64,000 nt of DNA from Epiperipatus broadwayi (Eukaryota > Animalia > Onychophora). The position numbers and the translations under genes are program-made. The stretch is from positions 17,732,001 to 17,796,000 of the forward strand of contig JAQFVV010000008.1 in NCBI GenBank assembly GCA_028023455.1, written 5' to 3'. The notes below the pieces were generated by a model. The model did no database searches. It saw only the letters and a program-made list of their open reading frames with translations, and was not told the origin of the DNA. Below are positions 1-14,081 of the stretch, piece after piece. Each line of letters starts with the position of its first letter. Position 1 is the stretch's first letter.

Positions 1-2107
1 TAAAATGAAAAAATGGATACATTCTTTTTGTATTAGCTTGAAAATATTCTGTTGCATATTGAGAAAAATAGACTGTGTATATTAGCCTGCAAGTAGGTGT
101 AAATGGAAATAGCTACAAGCAGAAAAACAATATGAAAAAATTATAACTGACCAAGAAAAATAAATTCATGATAAAAAAGATACATTAATATATCCATTGT
201 ATTTAAATTATAGATGAGTTTTAAATTAAGTAACAATAGGTAATAATTAATTTTATTCATATTTTTTAAATTGCAACATGTTTTTTTAATATTATTTTTC
301 TTCCAAAATTATAAGGGTTTTAACTAATTTAAAATTTTATCATTGTTAAGTAATTTTCTTTTTATAAATACTGAATAATTTTTATTAATGTAACATTTTC
401 TTTTCAAATTTTTTTATTCATTTGATTTTCTCTTCAAAATTATAAAAGTTTTAAACTAATTTAAAATTTGCCTATCTCTTATTGTTAAAACTTGCTTTCC
501 AACTTTAATTGTAAAAAGAAAATAATGTAATGAAAGTAAAAGGTAATTAATTTAATAAATAAAAATCAACTGGTTTATCTTTTTTTATATAAAATTGTAT
601 TTTTTGATAAAAATGTATAAGTTTGAATTATCATATTATTTTTAATTTTCTTAATTTTTTTATTATTAATTATTAATCAGTTAGTTTCCTCCAACTATCT
701 GTTCTATGAATTGGCAGTATGTGTGTCTTGATTTCATAATAGTATAGTATTTTAGAAATTTTTAAATTATCCCAGTAAAGCTATTCAATTATAGTAATCT
801 TATAAATTTTTATCCTTCTCTTGTTCACAATCACAGTTCTTATAATCTTATGATCTTGAGTTAGCTTTAAATAACAATAATGGTTAGTGATATGGATGTA
901 GGGAATTATGTTTGTGTTTGGACATCCAGGGAGTTTTCTCTGAATGGCACAAAAGTATCACCTGTGAGTTCATTCACAGCATTTTACTTTTTTTTGTTAG
1001 AGAAATTAATTAGTTGGACTGTACACTCATGGTATCATATGCCCAAAGCATTGACAATGATCAGCATGTATCAGTATTCCAGAATTATTTTGTTACAAAT
1101 GATATAATAGCACTTAAGTATGTGCATCCAAATGATTGTATATTTTGCCTTAAGTTTGGCAGGGACTAGATGATTAACCTGTTTATAAGGTATCTCTTAA
1201 ATCCAGGCATAAGAGTTGACTGTAGATTGATAAGTTAATTGCTGGTGATATTATTATAGCCTATTAGTATTATTAGTATACTTTTTTTTTATTGGTGCTC
1301 TAATTTCATGCTCCTTCTTCATAATCCTTATATATTTATTCCTTTGCTATTTGGCAATGTTATATATTTATTCATTAAGTATCTTGTTTTTGATTATTTT
1401 ATGGGGATGATGTTGTTATATTATCACTCCATATGTTACCCTTACATTCCATACCATTACAATATATATAAAAAAGCAATTTCATTGTTTTAAAATTTCA
1501 ATAATTTTAACTTTTCATTAAGTAAATAATAAAATCAATCTTTTGGAAATGATTTATTTCATAATTTTGAATTATAATTCATTGCAAAAACAAATTAAAA
1601 AAAAAATCTATAATCATTCTCTAAAATGATAGTATATAAATTTTATTGTAAAAATAAAAAATGATAATATTGATGAAAAATACACAAACTATGACAAGCA
1701 TGATAATTTAATAACTTTAAAATATAAACCATTAAAAAAAATAATAGTAATAATTTATATTAAAAAAACAAAACAAAATAATTACATAAGAATTCATTAC
1801 AATTTTTTTTATTTTTTTTAGGAAAGCTGCAATTCTAATGGTAATTGGCATTATTTATAATAATGCAAAACCTTTTTCTGATAGTTATTTTTATTAAAAA
1901 TAAACTTTCATTTAAAAATTTATTTACAAATTAATATTGAAGTTTATAATATATATATATTATAATATATATATATGTACCTGCACATGCAATACACTCA
2001 CAAATAATTCCAATTTAACAAATTATCACATGTAAAAATACTGCATATGTCTATGTGCCTATATAATTACAAATTGTATATGTAATTAATTTAATATATA
2101 TTCACAG

Positions 2108-2117
2108 TTTATTTATT
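2108..2117 (-). terminator. Candidate polyadenylation signal (overlapping AATAAA x2) of the RNF145-like gene
   Basis: AATAAATAAA on the minus strand about 285 nt after the stop codon. Weak evidence because the hexamer is common in this AT-rich DNA. Confidence 0.3.
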
Positions 2118-2401
2118 AGTTTACTTTGAAATGTATACCAAAAAATTTAGCACCAGAAATCAAATAGAACTATACACATGTACATACTACTTATGCATAT
2201 ACATATATATAGTCATTACAAACCAGTCAACACTTAGACAATCTCAATATAGATAACAATCAAGAATTGTAAACTGCTGTCAAGGCAACCTCCTTTTAGC
2301 AATAGCAAACTTACACTATGCATATGTATACAAATATAGTATACAATATATATGTAAAAATTAGAACTGATTTTAACAAATATTATGATATCTGAAAAAA
2401 A

Positions 2402-4152
2402 TCACTCGGTTTCTGTTGATTTTGTTTGAGATGCTCTATGTTTAATTCCAGAGTTTTCTCTCACAATACTTTGGTCAGATTTTTCCATTGAATTATCACT
2501 GGTATTAGAATTAACACTCATATTTACATTTTTATTTAAGTTTTGTTCTTCATGTGGTTCAAAATCTGTTTGTGAAGATTTATTTTCAAATGATTTTTTA
2601 AATAAATCTATAGAACGATGGCACATTGGACAATTATCTTGAACATATAACCATTTTCTTAAGCAAGTTGCATGAAAATAATGTTGGCAAGGTGTCACTC
2701 TTGCTGACTTCATATCCTGGAAACATATTGCACATACATCATGTAGATTTTGCAATTGCTCTTCTGTTGCTTCATGAAGTGATTGTATTTTAATAACAGC
2801 CTCTCTCCGTAAAAGAAAACTCTTCCAACCTTGTTGAAGACGTTGCCAAACATTAAAATAGAAATGTATAAGTAAAATCGAAGAATTGAGCCAACTAAAT
2901 TCATTGATTACAGATTCACGAATACCATATCCAACAACAAAAACTGCGACTATAAATTCCAAGATTCGAATAAATGACTTTGCAACATAAACAATATTAT
3001 CTAAGTTTTCCCAGGGTTCATTCTGTAATGCATCAACCATGAACAATGAATAAATTATCAACGTGCCAAGAACTTGTACTGATGTAAGAATACAACTTGA
3101 AATTATGACTAACAACCAAAAATCTACATCAAATACTTGAACAAGCAGATATGTCATTATAATAGGGAATTTAAATAAAAAAACACTCATAATTAGGGCA
3201 CGTATATGTCGATAAACATTTTTACTATGAGAAGCACTTAATGCTAACAAAATTGGATCTAGTATTTCATACATAGATTGAATTAATGAAGAAAAAACAA
3301 TAAAAAGAATAATACTCATTAAGAAAGCTCTTTGAGGAGGATTGACATCAGTAATTCTAGTTTGTACAGTTAAAAGAAACATAGTCATGCCTTCTGTCCA
3401 GCCATTATGTAAAATATTGTCATGTGTGAATGCTTCATAACCTTGTAAATAAAACTTAGTTAAAATTAATACAGCATAAGCGAGATAGGAAACTGATACA
3501 CAAACACCAATCACACTAAATGGTGAAATACAACATTCTCCAATGCTTGCAAAAAAAAATATAAGCCACTGTTCATTGAAAACATTAATATTTTCAGAAT
3601 TCCAAAAAATATATAATTTATTAAATAATAAAATTAACCAAAATACTAAAAACTGCGCAGGCACAAAGATTTGTTTCCAAATTTCTCCAATTAATGAAAA
3701 CCACCCGTACATTTCTACAATGAGTTGTATTTGATGACAAGACATTTGAAAAAAATGATAAACCTCTGAAAGCTTATTAAGTAGATAATATAAAACATAT
3801 AAAATCATAAACATATTAACAAATTTGTAAATCAATTCCACATTTGTCACAGGCACCATACTTGCAATAGGTGGGATAACATAAATAGTTAGAAGAGCTC
3901 TAGTGAAAAGTGTCTTAGCTTTCATTATATAAGCAATTAATATTCCAATAAAAATTTGAACTCCTATGGGAACTATGTAGATTAAATTGGAATCTGAAGT
4001 TGTACCACCTAATGCTAAAAGCTTTTCTATTATTAAAAAATGAAATGAAATTCCACTCGCAAATATCAGTAATACTCCAACCAATGCATGCAGGTATAAT
4101 GTTATTAATGTAGGCATAGGTAAGATCAATAAAAGAAATCCAACAGGAATCA
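2402..4152 (-). CDS. RNF145: RNF145-like ER-membrane RING-H2 E3 ubiquitin ligase, coding exon 2 (terminal)
   Basis: The open frame carries TRC8_N-type transmembrane segments, motifs resembling RNF145 (ECCISPFS, KFYLQGY, GWTEGMT, RAFLMSIILF, QGWKSFLLRR) and a C-terminal RING-H2 (CAIC...CQHYFHATC...CPMC). The acceptor tttttttAG is at 4154-4153 and the TGA stop at 2404-2402. The ORF-track GTG start is the split codon G|TG. Confidence 0.95.
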
Positions 4153-5700
4153 CTAAAAAAAAAGATATTTATATATATATTATATACATCACATATAAAA
4201 GAATATGTACTACATACAAAGCACACACATATATATTAAGAAATATTCTAGGAAAAATATTTAAATATATATAGTAATCATATTTCATCTGAAAAAAAAA
4301 TTAAAATTAGCAATAAGACTTTTAACAACTATTAAATAAAATTAAGTTAAGGATTTAGAAGAAAAGTGAATATATTTCAAACATTAATTATACAGCCTCC
4401 CCCCCAATAGATTTACAATATTTCTCAAAATTATTATCAAATTTAAACTTGAATTAATATACAAACTTGATTAACACATCATATATTAAAAATAAAAGAA
4501 TCATATAAATAATAAGTCAAATATTGACTAAAATAGAATTTAAAAAAAAAAATTGCAATCACAATAGCAGAATGTACAAATTTAATAAATTCAGCAAAAA
4601 CTGGATTTATTTATTAAATTATCTCCTGTTAAACTAAAGACTTTTTCCTCTTGTTTTTTTATCAGCACATCCCTCATCAAAAATTCCATTATATTGTAGC
4701 TATATATAAAAATATCAGTTTATTCTCTCCACTATATATATATTTCATGAATAATCTTCAATTGTCAGGTGAACTAAAAAATTAACACTCAAATTTTTAA
4801 TAAAAAAAAGTTATTTTTAAATGCTTTTATTGAAGTTAAAAAAATCAGTTTGTTTGTTTAGCTAATGTCTTGACCTTTTTCAAGTTAGAATAAAATTTTA
4901 AAATTGAGATTTAATATATTTAAATTCAATAGAATTGCTTGAAATCTGATAAAGACATCCTTTCAGTAAGTCATCTAGCTTCTTAGATATGGAATAGAGG
5001 GTGGGAAAATATTAAAAATATTCAATAATTTCATGTATAAGTTAAAAATTCTTTTTAGAACTTTTATTTTAAATAAAATTTGTGAGAGGACATTATAGAT
5101 TTTCTTTCAATTTAATATTTTAACATTTTAAAATCGATATTTAACAGACTTAAGTTCAATATAATTTGTTGAAATTTTGTACATTTGTTTAAAATGTCTA
5201 TGAAAGTGATAGGACTTATCATTTTTTAAATAGGTGAATTAGTTTCTTAGATAGGAATAGTGAGGGAATTCTTTAAATAATGCTCACTATCAATTTATAA
5301 TATAGAAAAGTTACTTGATTTCTTATATATATTTTATTTTAGAATACCTAGTAATATATATACACTATATGTGCAAAATTGATTTAAAGTAAAATTATAT
5401 GTATTAAATAATATTCGTTTATAATATAGTTATGGTAAACATTTTTTTTAAAAAATAAAAAATTTCCAATCAAAGTAAAAATGTTAAACCCTTTTTCATT
5501 ATTTCATATTTTTAATCACATATACACATACTAAATATGATATATTCATGAGATATACATGGTAGCAGAAATATCTAGTGATATATATATATCAAGTATA
5601 AGTGTCCAGTCAATTTAACTATGATAGTTTTACATTTTCATTTACTGTGCCAATACTAAAAACTTAAAAATAAAAGATGAATTTTTATATATTAAATGCT

Positions 5701-8700
5701 TTTATTGATCATGCACTAAAAAGAAAAATTTTTTTTCTTCAACCACAATTAGTTTTTAGATTTAACTTGAAATAAAAACAGAGGGGATCCAAAAATTAAT
5801 TAAGTCAATCCTAATTTTTTATAACAAGTGTGCCGGTCGGATTTGTATGTTCACATAACAAGATCTAGCATCTAGGCAAAAGTACCTCGAATCCAATCGT
5901 GCGCAAGATACACAGGTCAGGAACACTCATGAACTCTGCCCTATTTGCCTATTTCCCAGATCTATAACATTATGAGCAACAATCCCAATGACATCGACTT
6001 AATTTATTTCTCACCGCCGGCATCGGTCATCAGAGACACAAAAAGACTCTAGGCTAACTTTATATGATAGACTAACTAAATAACTAGCTATGTTTGATGA
6101 GCAATGAAGGCTCGTGACCTAGCATATTAATTATGTATTGAGCAGAGATCATCTAGTCATATTTAGCATAAATAATAATTTAATATTTTAACTTAACTAA
6201 AAGAAAGCAATGGTTCGAGTTTGATATATATATTTAAGATTTATTAATAACAAAAATTATGTCGGGTTATTTAGAGCGATGTGAGCTTCGGAAGTATTAT
6301 ATATATGTGTTTGATTCATATTTAACAATAATATTATAATTTGTGACTATGCCAATAATATATATGTGTGATTTAATGAATTAGCGCTATTAGAATACCT
6401 TAATGGAATACTATTACACCCCCAGAGGCGAAAAGAGCATTTACTTAATTTAAACAATAATAATTTCACAAGCAGATATTACATTTGGTTACATTCAATA
6501 TTATGATTAATTTGAGTTATAGATAATTAATGCGCGGGGTGAGTAATGAATGATTATATAAACGATACTAAATCTATCGCATTAATACTTATATTAAACT
6601 AATGGAAATATGTCCGTTTAAAGAAATCATTTCATTATGGCTTATGAATACTTCTGGGCGACTAATAAGACACTGAAAGGCGGTGCATGCATGGCGGCTG
6701 ATTGGGTCGGTCCAATTATGGATCCTGGAGTGTGCTTCATGAATTTTTATAACGAAGTGGACCGATTTTCTCTGCAAATGTAGGCAGGGTCGGTTTGACG
6801 AACGAAAGAGTCCAAGATTCCCTGGAGTGAAGTGCAGGCAAATCATGGATGACGAAGAGTGGTCGGCAATGTCATTATCAGGCTGGATTTTCCAGAGCGA
6901 TCCCCGTATAAAGCATGCACATAAGACCAAGGATGTCCCCAGGGTGGTTTTACAGCCTAGTTTAAGGGCATAGAGAATGACGATGGGGCTCGACTGTGCG
7001 ATGACCTCCATGTGAGAAAGAAGCACGAACATATATAAAAATGAAGTGGCCTTTATGCATGTAACGCTTAATGATATAATATAATTCTAAAAAGTAAAGA
7101 TTATCGAAACGTATTTATTGCCCATAAATTATGAAATATTCGGCGTAATGACATGGCTTCACTAAGCAAACATGGTTAATAATTATACTTAAATATAAAA
7201 CTAAGATGTTAAAATCCCCCTCCCCCTTACATTATGTTACTTAATATTATTCATTACTTCTTACACATTTAATAAATCTCAATTTTGGTTAATCAATGCC
7301 CTTGTGAAAATATATAAATTATTACAAAATAAGTGGGTGGTGGTAATAGCTAAGATGGGTTTTATATATATAATATAATTTAAGAATAAAAGATAGCGCA
7401 TTATTTAGGAAGGAGAATGTGAAAAACAGACGTCAAATCTGTTTTTCTACAGTAAACATGAAAAATATAATTAGTTTATTTATCTAAAATCGCGAGCACC
7501 TGGGCAAGTTGAATAAGACTTGTTTTGATCAAATTATAAATTATTTACCCAGTAAATGATGGGTGGGGAAACGAAAATGAATTATATGCTGGCAATTTTA
7601 GAATACTATTGGCATTTATTTAAAAATATAAATACATAAATGTAAATGAAAATTATTTGCCGCTTGGAATTAAAAGAAAAGGAAAAACATTTTATAGGAG
7701 GCTTAATATAGATTAGTTATATAGAGTTATACGAATACATATTTTGAAGACATTTAAAATAAGTGATTAAAATATAAATATTACAGAGAAGGCAGGATTT
7801 AATAATTATAAGCAGTCAAAGTTCTTTTACCTTGCTTATTTGGAAGAACATTTTATTAGGAATCAGTCCATTGGTATTATTTCACTAGATCTAGGGTAGC
7901 ATTATTATTTGAGATATAGCACTTCACTTTCACTGGAAAAATATACATAAAGTTCAGTAGTACGGGATGCAGAGCTTCATTCATGGGAACAACATATTAG
8001 AACGGAGGGACAAAGCGAAATTTCCTACTCACGACACATTGAGTGAGAATTAAAACTGGCGTGGAATATGTATATCAACTTAGTTATTTAATGGTCTCCT
8101 CCTCCTGTGGATTCAAATCCAACAGTATATATACTTTTATTTTGAAGCTGTAACTTAGCAACTACTGCTGGACCTGAGGTGGTTTAAGCACTTAAGGTTT
8201 CTCTGGAATAGTTTGACCGGATACTCTTATCTAGTAAGATGTTTGAAACAATGCAAGTTTGTTATCAGTTTCTCGAACGATTGTTTTAAAATGAATCTTA
8301 TGATTTTAAAACAAGCTAGCATGCACAATTTCCACTAATGGGTTTATTTTATTATTACCAATTCGTAATCTTTTACTTTAATCTAAGGGGTCTTCCGGGT
8401 AATTGTTTTTCGAGAGACTTCTTAACAAGATTGCATCACTTCTGGCTACAAAATTATATATGAAAAAATAATAAGTTTCATATATATAATACCTTATATA
8501 TATATAATATAACTATTAATTTATTCGCAATCTCCTACACTGAAATATACATATATATTTATTATTTACGCCCGCATACACATGAGAATATTATTATTAA
8601 ATTAAATATTTTTAAATTAGAATACATACGTTTACATTATTTATGTTATAATACTGAGCAAAGAAATATATATATTATTAGCTATGTATATACGTGCGTA

Positions 8701-8900
8701 AAGGCGGGTTTGAATACAGTTAGGTGGTAGGAGATTGGATGTGGGCTGTGAAGCAGGATCTGAGCATCAGATCATCTGCTTCACAAGGAATTGACTTAAT
8801 TAATTTCTACCCCCCCCCATGTTTTATTTCAGGTTAAATCTAAACCCAATTGTGGTTGAAGAAACAATTACTTTTTTCTTTTTAATGCATGGTCAATAAA
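5701..8900. repeat. Fold-back (palindromic) element of about 240 bp, arms 5701-5812 and 8786-8900, split by the insertion at 5829-8783
   Basis: The reverse complement of the left arm (aggattgacttaattaatt...ttatttcaagttaaatctaaa...aattgtggttgaagaaa...gcatgatcaataaa) matches the right arm over about 110 bp. Confidence 0.8.
5829..8783 (-). mobile_element. Solo-LTR-like insertion, 2955 bp, TG...CA, TSD CAAG
   Basis: CAAG at 5825-5828 and 8784-8787, TG/CA ends and GC/CpG-richer composition. Removing it restores the flanking hairpin. Orientation is inferred from the terminal hairpin at 8749-8783. Confidence 0.65.
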
Positions 8901-10737
8901 TTTAAAACAAAAAGATACTTTTTCTGAAAGTGATATAGCTAATGATATTAGATCTTTAACTAAGGTTTATATGAGTTTCCTATGTATTCTTAACATAAAC
9001 ATCTCTAAATCTTCTTATTGATAATTGAAAATCCTAATTGTTCATTTTAAAAACAATTATCAATATAAAAAAAAATGAATTCTTAATTTAGGTGATGTTA
9101 GTGAAGTTATATAAATAAATTCTGAAATGTCAATCCTGAGAATCACATTAAACTATAATTCAATTATTATTTGTAATAATAATCTTAAAATTATAAATAT
9201 TCAAATAAATATTTTAAAAGATATAGTATCTTCTTTACTTGACTTAAATAAGATGATTTAGTTTCATAGTAATATTAAAAAAGTCATAATAGTTCCAACT
9301 TTAGAATCAAAATTGAGACTAGAAAATAAATAGATAACATTATTGGCTGGAGCACTTTGTGATTGAATGTCTGTTGAAAAATTGTTGAATATAATTATTT
9401 TAATTAAAAAGTTGAGATCTCTTTATTTCTGTCCTTAAAAAAATCTCTTCTAGTTTTATATCAGAATGAACAATTCAGTTGATCAGAGATCGATAGTGAT
9501 GAAAAAAAAAGCAAATATGAAGTATTTTAAGTATAAAGAGATGTAATATACTTGCCCTTGATGTTAAATTTAATTTTCCATTCCTAATTTGAAGATTTTT
9601 CATTAAAAAAACCACAATATATGAAAATGAAGAAAATATGTAAGTGAAAAGTTAATGATGTTAGATCAATTTTACAGACATAATTATGAAATCAATATAA
9701 ATATTCACATCCAAGAAGAAATCTAAATAATCAAAAAAGAAAATAGAAAAAACCAAAAAAGGATATTGAAAAATTAATAATAATTGCTCTTTAATGTTAA
9801 TGGTTTAATATTGAGTAAGATTTTTAACCAGATGAAATTTTAACTAAAACTTTATTTCCTAACTGGTCTTTAAAAATTGAACTCAGTCATAATACAAGTT
9901 CTGATAATTTAACATGCTTTTACTAATTAAACAACAGAAAAGATTTAAAATGATGTCATTAATTAAGCTAGAAGTCATTAGCCAATTGTTATTCTACTTT
10001 CATATCTTACTGTAATTCTTGTTGCAGACTTCCTCATGTTAAACTATATATTTATGAAGATTACTATAAAATTAGCAATAAACTTGATCATTTCAAATTC
10101 ACTTTACTGATCCAAGACCTGACTGACTTCTAATAGTTCAAAACTTTCTTCTATGCAACCAATATCAACCATACTTCTTCAAATAAAGTTTCCTATGTTG
10201 AAAAAAAAAAAACTCTTCTGGAATGTTCATTAATGATTTCATTTTCTTTTATGATTATGGAAGTCTGCCAACATATTAATCAATATGGTATATTTATCAG
10301 CTCAGTATCAAATTAAGAATCCCATTTGTTATTAGTATTAACTACTATAAGAAACTGACAAAATTTTTTTTTTTTTTTTATAATTTATATCAGATATAAG
10401 AATTTTTTTTATAATTAAATAATTATTTGAATTTTACTCATATTGGACTCACATTATTAATTCTAGTAATAAACTGCTTTTTGATTTAATAAATAAGCAG
10501 TATGATATCCTGTTTGACAATGTTCAAATAAAATATGAGAAAATGATCTGATTAGGATATTCCTGATTTTTATGAAATTGTCTCTCGTTCTGGATAGTCA
10601 TGAACTACTTCAGACAGAAATTAATTTAGTCATATCCATGTTATAAAGATAATTATTATTTAAATACAAGTATATTATCTACACTGAACTTAATGTAATT
10701 TAAAAAAGATTTGAACTTAGGCTTTCAAGCTCCCTAT

Positions 10738-13549
10738 TATAATGATCCAAAAGAAAGTGGATATTCGAATCTTACCGCATCTATGTGATGTGATGTATTA
10801 TGGCTTCTCCTTAAACGAAGTCAAGAATATCTCAGCAATTATGCCCAGATAAACCTGTTAGCCACTTTATTTTACATTCCCCACTTTAAACTTACTCATA
10901 ATTTGTTCTATCCCATTTCCACAACATAATCTTTGTCAACTCTATAACCTTTATATCTAAATCCCCCTTATCTTTTCCCAAACCCAGCATAAAAACCAAT
11001 AATTCACTTTCTGTATAATCACTCTTTTCATATTTATTTTTCCACAACTTCAGTATATGTACCCTTTCTGTTTTCAAACATTTACATTCAATTAACAAAT
11101 GCCTAATATTTTCTATTCCTTCCTTACATAATTTACAAAATAAATCACCCATATTTTTCCCATTTACATGTATATTCTTTTGTAGCTAAAGATCCCGTTC
11201 GAGCTTTAAACAATAAACTACTTTCCTTACTATTATCATATATTAACTCACACCTAATATTCTGTTTATTTCTATATATATTTAAACTCTTTTTACTCTC
11301 CATACTATTTCTCCATCTCTCTATCTCCCTAGTCTTTATTAATAAATTTATTCTTTTATCCCATTCCTTACTACTATAACACTCAATAATCCTCTTAACA
11401 CAATCATCCCATCTTTTGTACAAATATATTGATATAAATTCTTTATCCAAATCTTTTGCATACCGCATTACCTTTCTCACCCATTTTGTTACCTGCCCTT
11501 TACTCATAACCCAATTAAATACTATTTTAGCTATTCTTTTATTATCCATAAACTGCAATCTACAAGGGCGCCATCTAGGCATTTGAACCTAGAAAAATTT
11601 ATAAAGTAGGCAGATATCCGCTGTTAAGATTCCACTTTATTTAAATATTTAGACCATTAGCCCAATGTCACTAGCTCAGGGAGACGCAGAGATAATAAAT
11701 AACTTGTTTAATTTGCATAATAAATATATATAAAAAAATAAAAGCCACTGCCAGAAATTAACACACAAATAATATTTATTTATGCACATATATAATCATT
11801 TTAAATTTGAAGAATAACATTTATTATTTAGATTTTAATATTAATTTTTAATTTAAATTATTATTTTAAGATTGTTGAGTATGAATGAATTTAATATTTT
11901 TATTAAGATCGTCGAGTATGAATAGACTATATAGATCTGCATTTGAAAAGAAAATATTCTATCCCTTATTTAACCTTAGGCCAAAAGTTCGCAGTCAAAC
12001 CGGCGTCAATCCATCTGATACATTAATGTATTCAACGTAGCATGAAAATACAACAGCACTAAATATACTATACTGTCAGGAATGGACATCTGAACAGTAT
12101 AGTTAGAGAAGACATTGACTCTTGCCCAATACAGGAATGTTACATCTGTATAGCAAGAAGAACAATAAAATAAAAACTCCATAGGAAGGAACCACGGTCC
12201 TTTTTGCTGACTTACAATCCCATCCATAGGCAAAAGGGTTTGTGCGGCGTATACAGCGATTCTGCACATAGCGAATCTCATACTATATCTACTAATTACA
12301 CCAATATATCCAGATCCATTGACCTAATTCAACTACAAAATGAATAACCTAAGATTACCCTCCCTTAATATAACTTTACAAACTATATAGCCATTCATGC
12401 CCGACTTAAATTTAACATTTAGATACGTTTGCACAGATGAATTTTATAAAATTTGTTTTATAATGTTGAGTATAGATTGGCTGCATAGATTCCATGGTTA
12501 AAAACATTTCAAAATAAACATAACCGATCAAAATACAAAGTCATCGATAACGTCAATTGCAGAGGGAATACAAGAAACCCAATGGCATTCATCATAAGAT
12601 GCTGCATTGACATCAATGACCTATATATTCTAATCGAATATGAAAACAGTAACATAATTAACCGCTAACTAATCTATGCAACGTATCTAGACCCAACTTA
12701 AGTTTAATGCATTTAAAGGATTTATACAATAAAAAAATAAATGGAAATGATTTTTATCAAACGCAAAACATAAAATTAAACATTATTAATTGATTTGAAA
12801 CTTACAAAAATCAGATAAGAATTCATTTTAAAATTTAAGTTAGTTTGTTTATTAAATTTGTCAAACCCTGACGAAAGTTCTTAATTATTTTTTATGATTT
12901 TAAAAATTGTTTAATTCATATAGCTTACAGTAGAAGAGCTGTCTGTTCCTGGTGTCATTTCCCATGGAGTCTTTATTTGAAACCCGGTCTATCTGAAGGT
13001 GGCCTTAGCTGGAACAATCCTGGTATTAGTCATTTCATTTTTTTAAATGGAGAGAGAGCAATATGTGCATCCTATCGCCCTTCTCACAAAATCAAGCTGG
13101 CACTGTCAGGAAACTCAATATTTTTCTTTTTAAAGTAAATCTCCAGATTGAACGAACAAAGACGTCACTAATCCAAATTTTCGTTAAGGTCCGAGAGGCT
13201 TGGTGCTTCCATTGGTCAAGCTAAATTCTCTTTATTCTCTTATCCATTTTTCATCAGATTTTATACAATAGGCCCAAGGGTTAGCTTGCTTTTCAATTAA
13301 TTTATAAATCAATCATTTCCATTTACAAAAATATTTTATCTTTAAATCTTGTACTTTTTTATAACAAAGTACGTTCAAATACTTTTATTTATTAAAAAAA
13401 AATATTTTTAAAGTTTTGCATCTGTGCGAATATATATACATTTACAACTCTTTAATTTTTTTTTAGCTTTTAGATTTTTAATAAATTTTTATTTGCGAAC
13501 TTAGTTTTTATTTTAAATTAATGTAACGGCATATTTATAGATCGTTACA
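10738..13549 (-). repeat. 3' LTR of the family B element, interrupted by a LINE fragment
   Basis: Colinear with 14082-16100 except for the ~770 bp insertion at about 10785-11552. Confidence 0.9.
10785..11552 (-). mobile_element. 5'-truncated LINE (RTE/RTEX-like): post-RT C-terminal region with CCHC zinc finger
   Basis: Frameshifted ORFs MDNKRIAKIVFNW...KSLNIYRNK...YDNSKESSLLFKARTGSL...CKLCKEGIENIRHLLIEC, followed by a short (CACAT)n-like tail. The segment is absent from the sister LTR. Confidence 0.85.
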
Positions 13550-14061
13550 TATCAGTAAACTTCCTCAAAAAACAAAAACATTAAAAAAAAGAATTTACTT
13601 AGTGTTAGTAATTACGTTACACAAATTGACTATATAAGAAAATTTCAAAAGGACAAAACTTTTTTTTTTAAAAGACAAAACAGTAATCACACACAAATAT
13701 AATAATAATAAAAAAATGTTGACTGTTGATTCCTTATTACCAGCTAAATTTCTGCCCACTCCCTTCCAAGTTTCTTTTCTTTTACTTTTAAATATTAATT
13801 AGACACGTCAAAACGGTTGGATTTTGAACAAGACTTTTTAAAAAAATAAATAAATTATGATTTATACTAATTATTACGTTTTATTCCTCGTATTTATTTT
13901 TACATATGCACAATTTTTCTTACTGGCAGTACCTTTAAGACAAAATTCAAAGTATAACTTTTTGTTAATACAAAAAAAATACATACCCATTTCAGAAAAA
14001 AATATTACGGGCATGATTTATCTTTAAAATACTCAGGGTACTGGTGGTTTATTAAAAATTG

Positions 14062-14079
14062 GCCCCATATTGGGCACCA
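14062..14079 (-). other. Primer-binding site, tRNA-Lys type
   Basis: TGGTGCCCAATATGGGGC versus the Lys1,2 PBS TGGCGCCCAACGTGGGGC: 15/18, with all three changes at CpG positions. Confidence 0.85.
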
Positions 14080-14081
14080 AT

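Noticed and set aside
880-1493. ORFs of 75 and 61 aa downstream of the RNF145-like gene
   Set aside because: No recognisable domain or splice structure; expected by chance in AT-rich DNA.
4151-4153. GTG start of the 583-aa ORF
   Set aside because: The G at 4153 is the acceptor AG; the real start is in exon 1 at 34644.
2710-4226. Short ORFs overlapping the RNF145-like exon
   Set aside because: Alternate-frame or antisense shadows with no recognisable motifs.
6589-7032. 147-aa minus-strand ORF
   Set aside because: It lies in the GC-richer core of the solo-LTR-like element and resembles no protein family I recognise.
7060-8321. Possible nested TG...CA element with TGCA duplication
   Set aside because: A CATGCA match is plausible by chance in this span (rough expectation about 0.2), and there is no other support.
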